From an uncultured Rhodobacteraceae bacterium (GTDB lineage: Bacteria > Pseudomonadota > Alphaproteobacteria > Rhodobacterales > Rhodobacteraceae), in assembly GCA_965657135.1 (NCBI GenBank), contig CBFHNF010000003.1, positions 6,836 to 70,835 of the forward strand: DNA of 64,000 bases, written 5' to 3'. The notes under the pieces were generated by a model. That model was given only the letters and a program-made list of their open reading frames with translations. It made no database searches and had not been told where the DNA came from. Shown piece after piece: positions 8,946-18,643 of the stretch (position 1 is the stretch's first letter; each line of letters begins with the position of its first letter). The position numbers and the translations under genes were made by a program.

Positions 8946-9800
8946 ATGTCACAAACAAAATACTCTGTCATGTTAATGATCGGGGCCATGTTCATTTTCA
9001 CCCTGATGGACGCCGTGGCCAAGTTGTTGACACATGAAATTGGCGTTTGGCCGACGCTTTGGGTGCGCTATTTTGGACAGGCCGTTTTGGTTGTAATAAT
9101 CGTTTTGCCTCGGATTAAACAGGTGGTAAAAACGTCGTTTCCTTTGCTGCAACTCACACGCTCTGTGTTTTTAATGTGTGCGACGATGTGTTTTTTCTGG
9201 GGTATTTCCAACATTGGTTTGGCTGAAGCCACCGCAATCATGGATATCAGTCCCGTCTTAATAACATTAGGCGCGGTTTTGTTTCTGGGAGAACGTATTG
9301 GCATTCGCCGCGTTTTTGGAATTTTAGGCGCGCTGATTGGAGCATTGATTGTCATTCGACCAGGCACGGATGTGTTCACGATTTATGCACTGTTCCCGTT
9401 GGGCGCGGCGATCTGTTATTCGGGTTATAACTTGATTACACGATTTGTTGGCGCGCGCGAAGATCCTTGGACTTCACTATTTTATACTGCGCTTTTTGGC
9501 GCAACGGTGCTGAGCGCGATAGTGCCATTTTACTGGCAACCACTAAGTTCTTTTATAATCACGTTGATGGTTGTGCTTAGCGTTCTTGCGACACTGGCAC
9601 AGTGGTTATTGATCAAGGCACTGTCTATTGGCGAAGCCAGTCTTTTGGCGCCAATAGGATATATCGCACTGATTTTTGCAACTCTTTGGGGCTTCTTGTT
9701 ATTTGGTGATTTGCCAGATCATTGGACCGTTGCGGGTGCTGGGGTCATTGTTGCGTCGGGTTTCTACGTCTGGTACCGAGAGCGCCAATCCACAACATAA
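8946..9800 (+). CDS. DMT/EamA family transporter
   Basis: About 10 TM helices; LFLGERIG, IVIRPG, ASLLAPIGY, LFGDLPD; start chosen at MSQTKY. Confidence 0.88.
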   Translation: MSQTKYSVMLMIGAMFIFTLMDAVAKLLTHEIGVWPTLWVRYFGQAVLVVIIVLPRIKQVVKTSFPLLQLTRSVFLMCATMCFFWGISNIGLAEATAIMDISPVLITLGAVLFLGERIGIRRVFGILGALIGALIVIRPGTDVFTIYALFPLGAAICYSGYNLITRFVGAREDPWTSLFYTALFGATVLSAIVPFYWQPLSSFIITLMVVLSVLATLAQWLLIKALSIGEASLLAPIGYIALIFATLWGFLLFGDLPDHWTVAGAGVIVASGFYVWYRERQSTT

Positions 9801-9878
9801 GGTGCGCTCAGCAATTTAAATATTACTCTTGCTTTTCTTGTCTATTGTTTTCTTATACGAAAAAAACAGGGACCGAGC

Positions 9879-11519
9879 ATGAATATTCTTTTTATCATGT
9901 ATGATCAGCTGCGCTTTGATTATCTTAGTTGTGCAGGCCATCCAATTTTGAAAACCCCCAATTTTGATCGCGTTGCTTCAATGGGGGTTCGATTTACAAA
10001 TGCCTACGTGCAGTCTCCAATTTGTGGTGCAAGTCGCATGTCTTTTTACACGGGGCGATACACCTCAAGTCACGGTGCACAATGGAACAATTTTCCCTTG
10101 CGAGTTGGCGAACACACGTTGGGCGATCATTTGCGAAAAAATGGTATGGAGTGTTGGCTATTGGGAAAAACCCATATGAAAGCGGATTCCGAGGGAATGG
10201 AACGTTTGGGTCTGTCTCCTGATGATGTAATTGGGGCGCGTCAGGCAGAATGTGGATTTGATGTTTGGATCCGTGATGATGGGCTTTGGGGGTTAGGTCC
10301 GGATGGATTTTATGATGAAAAACGCTCGCCCTATAATGCCTATTTGAATGGCAAAGGGTATGAGGGCATTAACCCATGGGCCGATTTTGCGAATGCAGGG
10401 ATCGAAAACGGCGAAAAGGCATCAGGTTGGATGTTCAAAAACGCCGATAAACCTGCAAACATTAAAAATGAAGATAGCGAAACACCATGGCTGACCTCTC
10501 GGACGATTGATTTCATAAATGAGGTAAAGGGACCTTGGTGTGCACATGTGAGTTATATAAAACCACATTGGCCGTATATCGTTCCAGCCCCTTATCATAA
10601 CATGTTCGGTCCTGCGGATGTCCCGCCGCCAAAACGTGATGTGATTGAATTAGAGGATCCACAAGAGATTTTTGGTGCCTACCAAAAAAATAAAATTGCC
10701 CAAGCCTTTCAAAGAGAGGATGTGCGTGAAAAGGTTATTCCGGCTTACATGGGATTGATCAAACAATGTGATGATGAGTTAGGCCGCATTCTGGATCATC
10801 TTGAAGAGACAGACCAATTATCAGATACGATGATCGTCCTAACATCTGATCATGGAGATTATTTGGGGGATCATTGGTTGGGCGAAAAGGATTTGTTCCA
10901 CGAACAATCTGTGAAAATCCCAATGATCATTTGTGATCCAAGACCACAGGCCGATGCAACGCGTGGCACAACTTGTGATGCTCTTGTTGAAAGCATTGAT
11001 TTGGCAGCCACCTTTGTTGAAACGGCGGGCGGAGTGGTTCCGGATCACATCATTGAAGGACGCTCATTGTTACCTTGGTTACGCGGTGAAACACCTGAAT
11101 GGAGAGAATTCGTAATAAGCGAATTTGATTACTCGCCAACACCACAAGCCGTGCGGTTAAATGTCGAACCGCGTGATGCGCGACTGTTTATGATATTTGA
11201 TGGTCGCTGGAAAATGATGCATGCAGAAGGTGGTTTCCGTCCCATGTTATTTGATCTAAAGAACGATCCGGACGAATTTCATGATCTTGCAAAAGGTGAT
11301 GAACATCAAGAGCAAATAGATCGCCTTTACGCTCTGCTGGCGCAGTGGGGTCGCCGTCCATCCCAGCGCGTTACAACATCAGAACAGGACATCAAAAATA
11401 TGCGTGGTAAATCTCTGCGTCGCGGTATTTTACCATTTCTAGTTGATGGTAGCGAAGTTGATGAAGAATTGACCATGCATTACCGCGGACCGGTTGCATA
11501 TAAAGGCGAGGTGGAATGA
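9879..11519 (+). CDS. Cys-type (formylglycine) sulfatase / phosphonate-monoester hydrolase-like, alkaline phosphatase superfamily
   Basis: MNILFIMYDQLR, SPICGASRMSFYTGRY (CxxxR), LGKTH, KPHWPY, TSDHGDYLGDH, LFDLKNDPDE; no signal peptide. Confidence 0.88.
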   Translation: MNILFIMYDQLRFDYLSCAGHPILKTPNFDRVASMGVRFTNAYVQSPICGASRMSFYTGRYTSSHGAQWNNFPLRVGEHTLGDHLRKNGMECWLLGKTHMKADSEGMERLGLSPDDVIGARQAECGFDVWIRDDGLWGLGPDGFYDEKRSPYNAYLNGKGYEGINPWADFANAGIENGEKASGWMFKNADKPANIKNEDSETPWLTSRTIDFINEVKGPWCAHVSYIKPHWPYIVPAPYHNMFGPADVPPPKRDVIELEDPQEIFGAYQKNKIAQAFQREDVREKVIPAYMGLIKQCDDELGRILDHLEETDQLSDTMIVLTSDHGDYLGDHWLGEKDLFHEQSVKIPMIICDPRPQADATRGTTCDALVESIDLAATFVETAGGVVPDHIIEGRSLLPWLRGETPEWREFVISEFDYSPTPQAVRLNVEPRDARLFMIFDGRWKMMHAEGGFRPMLFDLKNDPDEFHDLAKGDEHQEQIDRLYALLAQWGRRPSQRVTTSEQDIKNMRGKSLRRGILPFLVDGSEVDEELTMHYRGPVAYKGEVE

Positions 11520-11774
11520 TGGCGCACCGTGCCCAACGTGTGGATAGATCTTACTCGTGGTCGAGGGAATTTACACAAACTGGGGGCGGCGCTGAATTGT
11601 TGGGAGGCAATAGCAATTGTGCGTGTCGGGTCACCCAACAGAAACCGCAATCCCAATTTTTTTAAGGCCTCACCTGAATGCATGTGTATAAAAGTCCATC
11701 AGATCACAATCGATGTGGAAATTGGGACGGTGATCACGACAGATATGATGAAACTTGATGGATAAGGTGCAAAA

Positions 11775-14700
11775 ATGAAGCTGTTTTCAGACAAGAACCG
11801 ACCAGTCCACATGGGGCAGTATCCCTGTGAACGTTTGAAACGCGTGGCGACGATTGATTTGAATTCAGCCCCTAAGTTTCGTGCTTTATCGTTTCGTCGC
11901 CCAGATGCACCCGAAAATATTGTAAATGCAATGTGTGAATATCAGGCGATGTTGGATGCAATTCGCGACGGCCTGATTAATCGAACCAAAGCTGATATTC
12001 CCTCAGATCCGACCGAACGCGCCAATCACATAAAAGGGTTTGGCTATTTTTCCGATGCTTCAATGATTGGGATTTGCCGATTGCATCAGGAGATGGTTTT
12101 AGACACACCAATTCAAAATCCAGATATTGAACGACTTGCGCATGCGCTGCGGACACGTCAGACGAAAACGCTGGCTTCTGGTATTGATGTTATTATGGCC
12201 GACCTTAAGGATTCAATGGAAGCGCCCCCCACCACGATTGAGGGGCATACACATGCCATTGTTTTCTTGTATGAAAATCCACGTGATTTATTGCCTGATG
12301 AACTAGGGACCGATTGGTTAGAGGATGCCCATGCCCATCGCGCCTGTTTGCGGGCTACAGAAACCGCGGCTGTGATTGCAAACTATATTCGTTTGCTAGG
12401 ATACGATGCAAAATCACACTCTGCTGCAGCGAGTGACGTTGACTTGAACAAACTTGCTTTATCGGCTGGGTTGGTATGGGCAGATGATGGGGCATTGATT
12501 GCCCCCTATATTGGCAAAAATTTTGGGCTGGGTGTGATTACAACAACACTGGAATTGGCGTTGGATCAACCGCTTGCCCCCCGTTCTGAACAACCGTGGT
12601 TTAAAACACAAGGTCCTGCTTGGTGGTTGGGTAAGGGGTTTTCAAAAAACGCATTCAACCGTGATCCATTTTCCAAACGAAAATTCGTAGATGGACCGCA
12701 TCCGTTTGAAAACCTGAAACGGGTGGACACACCAACCACCTTTATTGACGAGGCACGCGTCGCGCGTGTTCCAAAGCGAACTGATATGTTTGCGCGCGCG
12801 CAGTTCGGGGATATGGGCAAGAACCTGCAAGATGGGGCGAAAGGCGGGTATTATGCACGCAAAGCAGCGCCCTCCTGTGCTCAGCGCCGTGCCTTGGGGG
12901 CTTTTGTTTTGTTGCAAGATGGCGAGGCGAATGCAGAAGGTGCGCGTCCCACTGATTTGGCGCGAAATGCTGCAAACATTAAGGCGGCCAGTTACTTTTT
13001 GGGTGTAGACGCGGTTGGATTGTCGCGTTGTCCTGATTGGGCATGGTATAGCCATGACGCAACTGGCGCTGTGTTGGATCCCCCGCATAACAACGCGGTT
13101 TCAATGATTATTGATCAGGGATATGAAACGATGGAAGGCGCATCGGGCGATGATTGGATATCGGTTGCCCAATCAATGCGCGCGTATTTGCGCTTTTCAT
13201 TGTTGGGTGGCGTGATTGCGCAGCAAATCCGCAATTTGGGATACATGGCTAAATCACATTCCGTTTTGGATGGCGAGGTGTTGCAACCGCCATTGTTGTT
13301 GCTGTCTGGTTTAGGTGAAGTCAGTCGTATTGGTGAGGTTATTTTAAACCCATACCTTGGGCCGCGCCTAAAATCAGGTGTTGTCACGACTGATATGCCG
13401 TTTGAATATGACAAGCCGATTGACTTTGGTCTGCAAAATTTCTGTGAAAACTGCAACAAATGTGCACGTGAATGTCCTTCGGGTGCTATTACTGCGGGCC
13501 CAAAATTGATGTTTAATGGCTATGAAATTTGGAAGTCCGATAGCCAAAAATGTGCCAGTTATCGGATATCAACAGAAGGCGGCGCCATGTGCGGGCGCTG
13601 TATGAAAACCTGTCCTTGGAACCTAGAAGGGTTGTTCGCAGAAGCACCGTTCCGTTGGGCCGCCTGCAATCTTCCATCACTTGCCAAACCATTGGCGAAA
13701 CTTGACGACATGGTTGGAAACGGAGAGTTAAACCCAATTAAAAAATGGTGGTGGGATATCGAACTGTATGAGGATGGTGGATATAAACCTGCCAGAAAAC
13801 CTATTAACGCGCGTGGTTTGCAAAAAGATCTTGATCTAAAATACGAAGATCAAACAATGGCGGTTTATCCCGCAAATTTGGCGCCGCATCCTTATCCATA
13901 TCCGTTCCATATGGACCGTGAAGCCGGGATCGAAGCCTATCAGGCGATGGTCACGGCCGAGGAATACAAATTAAAATTAAAACGCGGGGAAACCGATCAT
14001 TTGCATGTTTATTCAAGTGATGGTGATGCCCCTGTTGTTCGCGTGCAGGTCAGCAAAGTTGAAAAAATGACCAAAGATGTGACAAAATACGAATTTCAAA
14101 CGCTTGATGGATCGTTATTGCCAGAATGGAGCGCAGGGGCGCATTTGGATATCGTTGTTGCCCCCGAATTTTTACGTCAGTATTCCATGTCTGGGGATCC
14201 AGCTGATCGCACCAAATATCAAATCGGTGTCTTGCGAAAAGATGAGGGGCGTGGCGGATCAAAAATGATGCATCGTATTTTCGTAGAAGGGCGCAAAGTT
14301 TTCATATCAAAACCCATCAACCATTTTGATCTGGTTGAAGACGCAACCAAAACTTTTCTGATGGGTGGGGGGATTGGCATTACGCCCATGATTGCCTTTG
14401 GCCATCGTTTACATGCATTAGGCCGCGATTTTGAAATGCATTATTCGGCCAGTAAACAAGATACTGCAGGATATTTGAAGGATTTATCCGCGGTTCCATG
14501 GGCAGACAAAGTTCAGTTTCATTTTAGTGATAGAGGATCGCGCGCAGATTTGAATTCCATTTTATCTGGCTATCAAGACGGTTGGCACGTCTACACCTGC
14601 GGTCCTGAACGTTATATGGATAGCGTTATTGTCGCGGCCGAGGCAAATGGTTTTCCTGATGATGCGCGTCATATAGAATATTTCTCGGTTCCGGAACAAC

Positions 14701-14981
14701 CCGATTATGTGAACAGCGATTTCAAAGTTAAGCTTGCCAGATCAGCTATTGAATTCGTTGTCCCCGCGGATAAATCAGCAGCGGATGTTTTGATCGAAGC
14801 TGGATACGCGATCGATTTGAAATGCTCTGATGGGATATGCGGCGTCTGCAAATGCGGCGTTATCTCTGGCGATATAGAACACAGAGATTTCGTGTTATCC
14901 AAAAAACAGCGCGAGACAGACATCATCTTATGCCAAAGCCGCGCAAGCCGAGAGGGCGGGACCATTGAAATTGATCTATAG
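11775..14981 (+). CDS. rdhA: catabolic, self-sufficient reductive dehalogenase (RdhA with two 4Fe-4S clusters fused to a PDR/VanB-type flavin-NAD(P)H reductase and 2Fe-2S ferredoxin)
   Basis: GLGEVSRIGEVILNPYLGPRLKSGVVTT, CENCNKCARECP, CGRCMKTCPW, RQYSM, GGGIGITP, YTCGP, CSDGICGVC...LCQS; duplicated N-terminal RdhA-like domain; no Tat RRxF signal and no rdhB. Confidence 0.9.
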   Translation: MKLFSDKNRPVHMGQYPCERLKRVATIDLNSAPKFRALSFRRPDAPENIVNAMCEYQAMLDAIRDGLINRTKADIPSDPTERANHIKGFGYFSDASMIGICRLHQEMVLDTPIQNPDIERLAHALRTRQTKTLASGIDVIMADLKDSMEAPPTTIEGHTHAIVFLYENPRDLLPDELGTDWLEDAHAHRACLRATETAAVIANYIRLLGYDAKSHSAAASDVDLNKLALSAGLVWADDGALIAPYIGKNFGLGVITTTLELALDQPLAPRSEQPWFKTQGPAWWLGKGFSKNAFNRDPFSKRKFVDGPHPFENLKRVDTPTTFIDEARVARVPKRTDMFARAQFGDMGKNLQDGAKGGYYARKAAPSCAQRRALGAFVLLQDGEANAEGARPTDLARNAANIKAASYFLGVDAVGLSRCPDWAWYSHDATGAVLDPPHNNAVSMIIDQGYETMEGASGDDWISVAQSMRAYLRFSLLGGVIAQQIRNLGYMAKSHSVLDGEVLQPPLLLLSGLGEVSRIGEVILNPYLGPRLKSGVVTTDMPFEYDKPIDFGLQNFCENCNKCARECPSGAITAGPKLMFNGYEIWKSDSQKCASYRISTEGGAMCGRCMKTCPWNLEGLFAEAPFRWAACNLPSLAKPLAKLDDMVGNGELNPIKKWWWDIELYEDGGYKPARKPINARGLQKDLDLKYEDQTMAVYPANLAPHPYPYPFHMDREAGIEAYQAMVTAEEYKLKLKRGETDHLHVYSSDGDAPVVRVQVSKVEKMTKDVTKYEFQTLDGSLLPEWSAGAHLDIVVAPEFLRQYSMSGDPADRTKYQIGVLRKDEGRGGSKMMHRIFVEGRKVFISKPINHFDLVEDATKTFLMGGGIGITPMIAFGHRLHALGRDFEMHYSASKQDTAGYLKDLSAVPWADKVQFHFSDRGSRADLNSILSGYQDGWHVYTCGPERYMDSVIVAAEANGFPDDARHIEYFSVPEQPDYVNSDFKVKLARSAIEFVVPADKSAADVLIEAGYAIDLKCSDGICGVCKCGVISGDIEHRDFVLSKKQRETDIILCQSRASREGGTIEIDL

Positions 14982-15297
14982 GCTCGTCATGGAATTTAGT
15001 GCAAAGCCAGCGTATATGTCATGATCTGATCTACCGTATTAATGCGATTGAGTGGATCAGATGCAAAGTCAAAAGCGCGGCAAAGCCTTTTCAGTCATCG
15101 CACAATATTGAGTGATCAACATGTTGCATAAAAAGCCATAATTTAACTGTCATTGCGCCTTGAGATCAATCAAGAACGTTCCTGTGTTCAACCTTATGCC
15201 ACATCCTCAGTGGAATGATCGCATGTGCTAAAGTTGGAAAAGGGCTAGAGTAAATACACGAATTTTCGTACAACGCTGAAAATAGATTGGAGAGCCG

Positions 15298-15702
15298 ATG
15301 GAATACACGTTTTTAGATGACATTGAACGCATGCATGCCGTTGCTTTTTACCAAAGCTATTACTACGGCAACGCCGAGAAATCGGAACTTATTTCACATT
15401 TGGAACGTTTTCCCGCGCATATTGATTGGCTTTATCATGAGGTTATGTTTTTTCTCAAAAATGCGTCCTCTACCGCGCGTTACAGCGAGGGAAATGGCGC
15501 GATGATTGATATTCGTGATGACCAGATTTTTCAGTACTTTTTGACGGGTACAGACGAAACAAACACCTATTATGATGCCCCATCGCTTGCCAATTACCCA
15601 GATCGTATCATCGATATTGCCGAATTTATGAACATGCATCCTCTCATTGTTGAGGTGATCGTTTCGCACAAACTGGCAGGATCAGATATTCAATTAAACT
15701 AA
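15298..15702 (+). CDS. hypothetical protein (134 aa, acidic, aromatic-rich)
   Basis: GGAGAG RBS before ATG; fills the intergenic space; no motif recognised. Confidence 0.65.
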   Translation: MEYTFLDDIERMHAVAFYQSYYYGNAEKSELISHLERFPAHIDWLYHEVMFFLKNASSTARYSEGNGAMIDIRDDQIFQYFLTGTDETNTYYDAPSLANYPDRIIDIAEFMNMHPLIVEVIVSHKLAGSDIQLN

Positions 15703-15775
15703 GTCGGTTCAACGTCTTGTGTCCCAATTCACAAAATGCTTGATTGGGACTGGGTATTACTGGGACATCATCGCC

Positions 15776-16522
15776 ATGCTTATCGCTTTACGAATACTAC
15801 TAACTATGATCGGACTATTCATCATGACTGCTGCAAGCGCAGAATTACAAATTGAAACTCTTTCCGAAGGCACGGGCCAAGCCGCTGAGGTGGGAAATAA
15901 GGTTTTTGTTCATTACACTGGCAAACTTGAAGACGGCAGTGTTTTTGATAGCTCACTCACGCGTGGGCAGCCCTTCTCGTTTACGCTTGGCGAAGGTCAA
16001 GTGATCCGTGGTTGGGAGCAAGGTATCTTGGGGATGAAAGTTGGCGAAAAACGCGTGCTCACGATCCCACCCGAATTAGGATACGGGGCCGCTGGGGCAG
16101 GCGGTGTTATTCCACCAAATGCGACCCTGACCTTTGAAGTAGAACTATTGGATGCTATGGTGCCTCCGCAATTAGGGCAAGCATCTCCTCAAGATTTGCT
16201 GGATGCTCAAAAAGATGGAACAATCATTGTTGACATACGACGCCCAGAAGAATGGGTGGAAACAGGAGTCATCAAGGGGGCGGAGTTAATCACCGCATTT
16301 ACGATGAATGGCGGTTTGCACCCAGAGTTTCAGTCAAAGTTTTTTGCACTGGTACAAGATCCATCAACGCCGATTATGTTATATTGCCGGACCGGTAATC
16401 GAACAGGCATGTTGGGCGATGCACTGATAAATCAGGTCGGATTAACAAATATTAGCCACCTAACAGATGGAATCGTTGGATGGTCCGCAAACGGATATGA
16501 AACGCAGAGCGTGTCCCAATAA
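15776..16522 (+). CDS. exported FKBP-type peptidyl-prolyl isomerase fused to a rhodanese-like domain
   Basis: Signal peptide ending ASA; FKBP motifs [45 protein letters not shown]; rhodanese motifs [10 protein letters not shown]...[16 protein letters not shown]. Confidence 0.85.
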   Translation: MLIALRILLTMIGLFIMTAASAELQIETLSEGTGQAAEVGNKVFVHYTGKLEDGSVFDSSLTRGQPFSFTLGEGQVIRGWEQGILGMKVGEKRVLTIPPELGYGAAGAGGVIPPNATLTFEVELLDAMVPPQLGQASPQDLLDAQKDGTIIVDIRRPEEWVETGVIKGAELITAFTMNGGLHPEFQSKFFALVQDPSTPIMLYCRTGNRTGMLGDALINQVGLTNISHLTDGIVGWSANGYETQSVSQ

Positions 16523-16695
16523 GTCGTTGTTTATATGGGATACTCCTAGGTTCTTATACGTGGTTTGCCAAATTCTGCCAACGGGGGCGCATTTTTTAAC
16601 ATCTTTGGCTAAACTACAGAGATGGATGCGAAAAAACGATTCGGACAGCTAGTTTCAGACAAAGCTGTCTAACTGAGCAGAATAAAGGATGGTTG

Positions 16696-16977
16696 ATGGA
16701 TCATATCGCCGAATTTGAACGCCGAATTATTGTGGCGCTGGATAAAATCGAACGACACATGAATTCTAAATCCATTGCTGCATCTGGCGTCCCGCAGTCA
16801 GAAGAAATGGCAGCTTTGACGATACGTAATTCAGAGCTCTTGAATGAGGTGGATCGGTTGCAAAATGAGCTAAGTATTTTAAGGGCTGAACGTGCAGATG
16901 AAGTTGCCGAGCTAGAAGCGCTGCGTAAAGACCTAGAAGGTGCATTACAAGGCACCCATTCACAGGAGGGTTCGTGA
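16696..16977 (+). CDS. coiled-coil protein cotranscribed upstream of zapA (ZapB-like/DUF4164-like)
   Basis: AEFERRIIVALDKIE...RAERADEVAELE heptads; overlaps the zapA start. Confidence 0.75.
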   Translation: MDHIAEFERRIIVALDKIERHMNSKSIAASGVPQSEEMAALTIRNSELLNEVDRLQNELSILRAERADEVAELEALRKDLEGALQGTHSQEGS

Positions 16978-17360
16978 TGCCAGAAGTAACAATTGAAATT
17001 GGTGGTCGTCAATTTGAAGTGGCCTGCCAGGATGGTGAAGAGCATTATTTACGTTCGGCGGAAAAACTGTTGAATGATGAAGCGACTGTTTTACAAGAAC
17101 AGATTGGACGCATGCCAGAACCGCGTATGTTATTGATGTCTGCATTGATGCTGGCAGATAAAACTGCGGCCCTGCAGGAAAAGCTAACGGCTGCAGAAAA
17201 ATTACTGGACGATGCGCGCGTGGAGTTAGATCAGATTAAAAATGCTCCTGAACCTGAGGCAAAAACAATCGAAGTACCGGTTATCCCGCCCCAAATTGGA
17301 GATAGCTTGGCCGATATCGCGGCACGCGCCGAAAGCCTAGCGCAGCGCTTAGAAGAATAA
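16977..17360 (+). CDS. zapA: cell division protein ZapA
   Basis: MPEVTIEIGGRQFEVACQDGEEHYL...RMLLMSALMLAD. Confidence 0.9.
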   Translation: MPEVTIEIGGRQFEVACQDGEEHYLRSAEKLLNDEATVLQEQIGRMPEPRMLLMSALMLADKTAALQEKLTAAEKLLDDARVELDQIKNAPEPEAKTIEVPVIPPQIGDSLADIAARAESLAQRLEE

Positions 17361-17872
17361 CAGATCTGCCTATAATCGTCGAATACCGCACCAATCGTTT
17401 GACCGTTTACCATTGGGCTAAGGATATACAGCAGGTAGATTTGCGCGCTGATCTGATTGCGTCATTACCCGATTTATTGGAGCCCGACATGATTGCACAT
17501 TTGCCACCATCCTTTCATGTTTCAGAGCATGATATTGATGCGTGGATAGCTGAACGCTCTTTAGAAGCTGATGTGTTTCTGATCAAAGATGGCGTGTCTT
17601 TAAATCTCATTGGTTTGATGTTCTTGACGCGCCCGATCAACGCAGATGTCCATTTGGGATACTTGTTGGGAAAGTCAGCTTGGGGACAGGGGATCGCCAC
17701 GGAACTTTTGACAGGGCTGTTAGAGCACCTGTCAAAAACGAACCTGCGTTTGCTGGCGGGGGTTGGATTCGATAACCCCGCATCTGCACACGTGTTGGAA
17801 AGGGTTGGATTTGTAAAGATTGATCAAGATTCTGACTTAGACACAATGATGTATTCAATCACCCTAACCTAA
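17357..17872 (+). CDS. RimJ/RimL-type GNAT acetyltransferase; canonical start apparently lost (ATA at 17357; next usable start TTG 17399)
   Basis: LGYLLGKSAWGQGIATE and NPASAHVLERVGF motifs; the frame extends upstream as (I)TDLPIIVEYRTNRL. Confidence 0.75.
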   Translation: MTDLPIIVEYRTNRLTVYHWAKDIQQVDLRADLIASLPDLLEPDMIAHLPPSFHVSEHDIDAWIAERSLEADVFLIKDGVSLNLIGLMFLTRPINADVHLGYLLGKSAWGQGIATELLTGLLEHLSKTNLRLLAGVGFDNPASAHVLERVGFVKIDQDSDLDTMMYSITLT

Positions 17873-17893
17873 ATAGGCCCCAAAGGGGCCTAT
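17873..17893. terminator. hairpin between convergent GNAT and grxD
   Basis: ATAGGCCCC-aaa-GGGGCCTAT perfect stem. Confidence 0.7.
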
Positions 17894-17919
17894 AAGTAGA
17901 TAGAAGACGGCTCTTAATT

Positions 17920-18282
17920 TTACCCGTTTGCTTCGCGAATTTTGTCTGCGGCTTCTTTGTCGAAACCAACGCCATTGTCCGTAAACAAAGTGTCCAGTTC
18001 ACCTGAAAGGGTCATTTCGGTAATGATGTCACATCCACCCACAAATTCACCCTTAACATAGAGCTGTGGAATTGTTGGCCAGTCTGAGTAATCTTTGATC
18101 CCTTGGCGGATATTGTCGTCCGCTAAGACATTTACATCCATAAATTCAACGCCCATGTAATTCAAAACACCTGCAACGCGGCTGGAAAACCCGCATTGCG
18201 GCATTTCTTTTGTGCCTTTCATGTAAAGCACAACATCGTTTGATTTTACGGTTTCGTCGATTTGGGTTGTTGCATCGCTCAT
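17920..18282 (-). CDS. grxD: monothiol glutaredoxin Grx4
   Basis: PQCGFS and [19 protein letters not shown]. Confidence 0.95.
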   Translation of the reverse strand: MSDATTQIDETVKSNDVVLYMKGTKEMPQCGFSSRVAGVLNYMGVEFMDVNVLADDNIRQGIKDYSDWPTIPQLYVKGEFVGGCDIITEMTLSGELDTLFTDNGVGFDKEAADKIREANG

Positions 18283-18302
18283 AACTATGATCCTTTGCTC
18301 TG

Positions 18303-18545
18303 CTATTCAGGGACTTTTGTCGTCAGTGCCAGCGCGTGAAGCTCGCCATGTGATCCGTCCATTTTGCCTTTTAATGCGGCATAAACCGCACGTTGTTGTT
18401 GAACACGGTTTTTGCCGCGGAAACTTTCGTCAATCACTTCGGCCGCATAGTGATTGCCATCACCCGCCAAATCCGTGATCGTAATCTGCGCATTCGGAAA
18501 TGTTTCGCGAATTAACGCTTCGATTTCATGTGCCTGCATTGCCAT
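18303..18545 (-). CDS. bolA: BolA/IbaG family protein
   Basis: [28 protein letters not shown]; adjacent to grxD. Confidence 0.92.
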   Translation of the reverse strand: MAMQAHEIEALIRETFPNAQITITDLAGDGNHYAAEVIDESFRGKNRVQQQRAVYAALKGKMDGSHGELHALALTTKVPE

Positions 18546-18643
18546 GGGTAAACTCCTTTGAGTTTATTTATGTCTCAAATGCGCTATTCAACAAGAGGGA
18601 AAGCCGCATTTTTTGAATAAAGCTGCAAAAGAAGTCCGCCGAA

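Noticed and set aside
11480-11765. Short ORFs between the sulfatase and rdhA (possible RdhB anchor or LysR remnant)
   Set aside because: They are not hydrophobic enough for RdhB. The minus-strand peptide has only a vague likeness to a LysR C-terminus, which is too weak to call.
14982-15297. Possible decayed gene or SOS box after rdhA
   Set aside because: The frames I read are interrupted by stops with no recognisable motif, and GTTC-ctgt-GTTC has a 4-nt rather than 7-nt spacer.
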